Positions 54,476 through 64,000 of a DNA stretch of 64,000 nucleotides are shown here, piece after piece. Each line of letters begins with the position of its first letter. The first letter of the stretch is position 1. The notes beneath the pieces are model-generated. The model did not search any database and was not told the origin of the DNA. It was given only the letters and a program-made list of their open reading frames with translations. Source of the stretch: Paramecium tetraurelia (taxonomy: Eukaryota); the NCBI GenBank assembly GCA_000165425.1, contig CT868196.1:186001-250000 (forward strand), given 5' to 3'. The translations under genes were made by a program, and so were the position numbers.

Positions 54476-55116
54476 TCAATATAATAAAAATAGAATGAAA
54501 AACAACAGAAAAGTATAGTTAATTGCATAACTGCATCTTCCATTTTCTCCTCCTCCATTAGCACAAACACGATCGTAAATATCACTGTAATCAGGACATC
54601 TATTTTGCCAAATGACACATAAGAAACTGCAGATTTCATAATCGGTATTTCCATCATCTGTGCTGCAATATTTGAATTATTCAGCACAGAAAACGAATCT
54701 TGCAATACCCAAACAATCAGAGTTGGGTACTCCAGTGGCCTTATAATCTTCATAGAGCTTCTTATAGTTGGCTTTGGCCTAATTGATAGTATTTAAATTC
54801 TTACTTTTTTATCATATTCTGAAGCGTGATAATATTGTTCGCAAGTAATTGGATAATGTTATAAGTTGGCACAATAATGTTCAGACAAATACACATATTG
54901 ATCTTCTTGTTAAATTGTGTCGAATAAAGCCACACGAGATCCACCTTCAACACAATAATTTTTATTGTTAATATCTGAAACTGTTACATTCACCTTAAAA
55001 GAAGTGTCTTTGGCAACTGCATCACAATAATCTGAAATCTCTTCTTCAGTATTGTTTGTCTCTTGAGCTTAAATCACGATGCCAAATTACAATATACTTA
55101 AAATTAATAAATACAT
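54476..55116 (-). CDS. pwA: Cys-rich, signal-peptide, GPI-type protein of 204 aa; probable pawn-A, with Mid1/NALF-like Cys motif
   Basis: MYLLILSILQFGIVIQAQETNN; one 26-nt intron (54779-54804); CLGIARFVFCAEQFKYC...EICSFLCVIWQNRCP; hydrophobic tail YTFLLFFILFLLY*. Size and GPI architecture fit pawn-A as I recall it; identity not verified. Confidence 0.72.
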
Positions 55117-55347
55117 TAATTAATTAATTATAGATTTGTCAAATATCATTTCTAACTTTTTGAGATGAATAGACATATATATTCTAAGAATATTTAATTA
55201 TTACTCCTTGTTCATAATTAGCATCATAGTTTATCTGTTTCTAATTTTAGCTGAAAACAATGCAGTCTAATTAATTGAATATCTTAAACAAATAAACATA
55301 GGAATTCGATTTGATATTTTCATTAATAATTATTTAAAATCTTTGTT

Positions 55348-55602
55348 ATGGGTGTCTGCTCATCAAAACAATCGGATAAAGAATTACAAAAAGCTTAATA
55401 TCTCCAAAGATTAAAAGAATTCAAAGCAAAATTTAAATAAAGCACTGCTGAGATTATCATTCCGTTTAATGAAGCTTAACATGATGATAATCAAAATAAA
55501 GCTAAGTATGTTATTTCATAAAATCCAATTGTTAAAAGAAGAAGCAAATAATTCCATGAAATTACTATTCTTCCACTTAAGACTAATGATAATAAAAATT
55601 GA
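55348..55602 (+). CDS. Small (84 aa) dually acylated protein
   Basis: MGVCSSKQSDK myristoyl/palmitoyl motif; basic QNPIVKRRSK motif; intronless. Confidence 0.75.
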
Positions 55603-55879
55603 TTTATCATATTTAAATCAAATCTATTTTAACTATTCAATAACAATTAACAAATTCTTTTGTATGAATTTGTCCAAAAATTCATTTATTTATTTTGTAA
55701 AAAATAACAAATCTTATCTCTTTGAAGTTAGAGTTTAGCTGTTCTTCAATCTTGGTGAACAACAATGGCTCATTTTTTTATGCAAATAACTAATTAAATA
55801 TTATATAATAATTTGATTAAACAATATTTATTCAAAATAAATATATATTAATTAAATGAGATTAACATAGAATAATATT

Positions 55880-56340
55880 TCATTTTGCAGTTAAATTAGC
55901 GATAATGAGATCAAACTCCATTCCTTCATAAACAGTATCGCCTTTGATATCCATCAATGCTATTTTGACATGTAATTTACAGGGGGTCAAAGGAGCTTTA
56001 ATCTATAATTTAATATAGTCTTTTTCTAGAAAAATATAATTTAACTTACAGTCTTTTTAAAGATTAATAGTTTCAGTTTTGACTTCTATGATATTTGGCA
56101 TATTGGAACATACTTTATAATTGATTGGCTCTTCTTTTAGATTCAGATACATTATTTTCTTATTTACAATTGATCCTTTGTTGATAGTTAATTCATAATT
56201 CCTAATTTCAAAAATATATTGAGATAATAATACTTAACGTTGATGTAAGCCCAAGATTTCAAAATAACATCCCATTCTGGGTTTTGTAGATCTAAAACAG
56301 TTGGAATGTTTAAGGTTGCTTTTCTATGTTGAGATCTCAT
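55880..56340 (-). CDS. Stand-alone Ig-like domain resembling the C-terminal domain of NPHP4
   Basis: KNYELTINKGSIVNKKIMYLNLKEEPINYKVCSNMPNIIEVKTETINLQKDQKDYIKLQIKAP...EGMEFDLII; 2 tiny introns. Confidence 0.8.
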
Positions 56341-56385
56341 TTATGAATGAATTAAATTTATTAATTATTTGATAATTTGTAAATA

Positions 56386-59300
56386 ATGAACCATTCTATT
56401 GATTATTATAATAAGTAGTAACAAAAGTTATATGAATACATGGTTAATTTAACATAAAATGTCACAGGCATTGAAAAGATAGTAAGTCTAATTGAATAAT
56501 TAAAGCTTTCAGATTTAGTGAGATGCTTGTATGCCTTTAGTTAGGAAATTAAAATCGTTGGAGAGAAACTTCATACTCAAATTAGTAGTGGAGATGAGCC
56601 AGATATTTTGGTGTGTTTATATTAATAAGTGAGCAATTACTTATTAAGATTGTCAAGGGATTGGGAATTATCATCTTAAAGGATAAAAAGCGAAATAACT
56701 GAGCCATATACACAATTTGTATTAAATTTTAGATCGACAAATCGAAATTTGAATGCTGAATCAAAAAAGCTAGTGACTGAAATATGGGAAACCAGGAAGG
56801 AGATGTGTAAAACCTAAGATGAATATTGGAAGATAATGAAATAATTCGAATAAAAAAGTTAGTAAACACAAGAGATGGTAGATTTAATAGAGAAAGGGAG
56901 TGCAACAAGAGAAGATTTTCAGAAATAGTTCACAAGTTCTTTGAAATTGTAAGAATTAGCTGTTGAATCAGAAAAGGATTATAAAAACCTATTAACAATT
57001 ACTAATGAGAAGTGGAAGTAATTTCATGAAGAATGGGATAAGATCTTTGCAAATGTAGGATTGAATGAATAGAGTAGGTATTCTAAATGAAATATATACT
57101 ATATAGAATAATGTTTACAAAATAAACTGTTGGTTCATTATTAAATATTTTACCCTCTGATGAATACTCAAGTTAAATCGAAGAGAAGATAACAGATATG
57201 GAAGTTAAACTGAAAGAGGATCCAAAAGTACCTATTCGCAAATTGATAGAAAAAAAGATGGAAAATAAAGATAGTAAACAATTAGTAATATTATTAGTAT
57301 TTAAATTTTAATTCGAAGAATTTATAAGTTATGACTAGTAGAAAAAGATGAGTATTAATCAAGAACAAAACAATACTATTTAACAGATCCATCATTAATG
57401 GCAAATAGTAGGAGACAGAATCTTAGAGGATGAGAAGAAGATTATAGATAAATATCTGGGTACATTGTTCACAATTGATATCTCTGATAAAAGTGAGTTA
57501 CTCATAAAAGTTAAGCAAATTTTGTAGAAATAAGCAGGCAGAAACTATTTTAATAATTAATTGAATTATCTACATTCAAAATCAATTGAAGAGAAATAAG
57601 CATGTACATATTAATAATAAAATCTTAGCATTTTATTTGGCATTGTCAAACGAGTAATTTTAGGAATTAAATCAGTTGATAAGATTTTGGTTAAATTACG
57701 TTGAATTGAATGATCTTTATGAATCTGAAGACATCTATGATTTATTGCTAAAATCGATAAGGATAGTACGCAAAGATGGAAGGGATAGAATTAACCTTGC
57801 ATCACAATTATCAGATATAACACTCTGGAGGAAGATAGAAAAATGGATAGAACTATTTTAGTATATCAATGCTAGGAAAGTGGATGAAAAGCGGAAGTAA
57901 GTGGAGTTGTTGAACTAATAAAACCAAAATAATATAGTATAGAAAGGATTCAAAATGATAGGGTCTATTTTTAAGAATTTAGGGACTACTTAATAATCTC
58001 AAAATGAACTTAATGAAAGTGAAATATCCTATATGATAATGGAAGAAATCAATCTATTTTTGACTTCGTTAAAATTACCATCGGATTTATCGACTGAAAT
58101 CATAATCTAAATAGCATTTTAGTAACCAAGTTTTGATAAAGAGCATATCAAAAAGTTATTGGAGAAACAAGAAGACCTTCATAATACTCAATGGAAGAAA
58201 ATGTTTAAATCAGGGAAAAGCATGCTGACTCATAAATCTGAAAAGTATGATCGTAGAAAGATGGATGAGTATGAAAATAAGGTTGTTTAGGTTTTTGGTG
58301 CAACTATGAAGTAATCTATTCAAATTATGTTAGATACTTGACACTTGAGGATAACCCTTGGTAACTACTGTTGATTAATAGTTAATTTAGTTTGCATTTA
58401 AGACATAAGATAAAAAAGTTTTATTTGGCTAATGGATAAATCTTTTCTAGTGAGGCAACTCATCAATAAAGATTAAAATTGATATGGTAGGCATTAAAAT
58501 TGAGATCATTGAAAATTGATTATGTGGAAATGAAAACTAAAGTCGGATTAGAAATGGATATTAATCAATTACATGAAGAAACCATTAAGTTAGATGTTCA
58601 AAGAAGTCTGCATCTTCATAAAGAGAAGATCAATTCCTCTGTACTCTAAAGCTTATTGAGAATTTATGCGTTCTATAATTAGGAAGTTGGATATTGTCAA
58701 GGCATGAATTATATAGCAGGCTATTTATATTTGACCTTCTAAGATCAAGTAACAGCATACAAGGCCTTTGATAGGATGATGAATCTTTATTTTAAAGATC
58801 TGTATATCAATGATTTCTCCAAACTAGTACTAATTATATTTGATATATAGAAAATTGGGTTTTATTAATTCGATCGATTACTATAAGTCTTTTTGCCTGA
58901 GTTGTCATAGCATTTAAAAGATTAGAAGATAGATCCATCATATTATGTAGCCTCTTGGTTCATAACATTGTATTCCAATGTTTTTCAGTTTAGTCAACGA
59001 TCAGCACTTTTAAATATTATATGGGATATCTTTTTGGCAGAAGAATGGAAAGGTATTTAATTTCTAATATTGAACCAAGGGTTTTTCAAGGTTACCTTTT
59101 ATCTGCTTTGGCTATTGTAGTAAAAAATATTAGACTTAGAATTCGATGACATTCTGCATTACCTAGGACAACTGATAAAAAGTGAATTCTTTACGATAGA
59201 TAATGAAATAGAATTGATTAAGCTCGTTTAAAATTATGACAAGACTGTCAAAGAGAATGAATCAATTAAGACAACCATTTTATAGAAGTTCAGAGTTACT

Positions 59301-59387
59301 AATAGAATGTTAAGAAGCTTGGATTCGGAATATCATAGTTTTCAAATGAAATTGAATAAAAAGTTGAATTTATGTTTGAAGAAATGA
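56386..59387 (+). CDS. TBC-domain Rab GTPase-activating protein with long N-terminal helical (F-BAR-like) region
   Basis: IKLDVQRS (Arg finger), YNQEVGYCQGMNYIAG (Gln finger), SWFITLY, IIWDIFL; multiple tiny introns. Confidence 0.92.
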
Positions 59388-59466
59388 ATCAATGTACATT
59401 AATAATGAATAAGAATTTATAATGATATTTATTAAGAGAACTAAATATAACAGCTCTATCATATAT

Positions 59467-64000
<4,534 letters not shown>

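Noticed and set aside
54364..54753. 129-aa minus-strand ORF in the supplied track
   Set aside because: Alternative frame overlapping the pawn-A-like gene; the Cys-rich frame has a signal peptide, intron and GPI tail
55620..55773. Short minus-strand frame MSHCCSPRLKNSQ
   Set aside because: Runs into the convergent gene without a plausible stop; no supporting motif or intron

Overview
AT-rich, gene-dense eukaryotic DNA from a ciliate macronuclear chromosome, almost certainly Paramecium (aurelia-type). TAA/TAG read as Gln, TGA is the only stop, and genes are split by tiny (about 17-35 nt) GT..AG introns, so the supplied standard-code ORF track is fragmented and many entries are antisense or out-of-frame shadows. 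Re-translating by hand with the ciliate code gives about 40 protein genes plus one tRNA-His. Recognisable products: M1 aminopeptidase (LTA4H-like), CAMK-group kinase, V-ATPase subunit A, Cys-rich GPI 'mini-antigen', kelch-PPP phosphatase, UXT, NPHP4, two trichocyst-matrix-like precursors, Rab2-like GTPase, two Myb paralogs, TCTEX1D2, CHCHD2/10, a probable pawn-A gene, a TBC Rab-GAP and a bromo-chromo-SNF2-PHD remodeler cut by the window end. Most interesting: (i) the pawn-A-like GPI protein carries a Mid1/NALF(FAM155)-type Cys-rich motif, suggesting a ciliate version of the Cch1-Mid1/NALCN-FAM155 channel-auxiliary system; (ii) the kelch phosphatase has lost three metal ligands (pseudophosphatase); (iii) a stand-alone NPHP4 C-terminal Ig-like domain gene; (iv) a small CG-1-like protein; (v) a trichocyst-type gene with a long Asp/Gly/His spacer and a frameshift in its signal peptide; (vi) neighbouring genes separated by only 11-16 nt. 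All family calls come from manual translation and recalled motifs; no searches were run.
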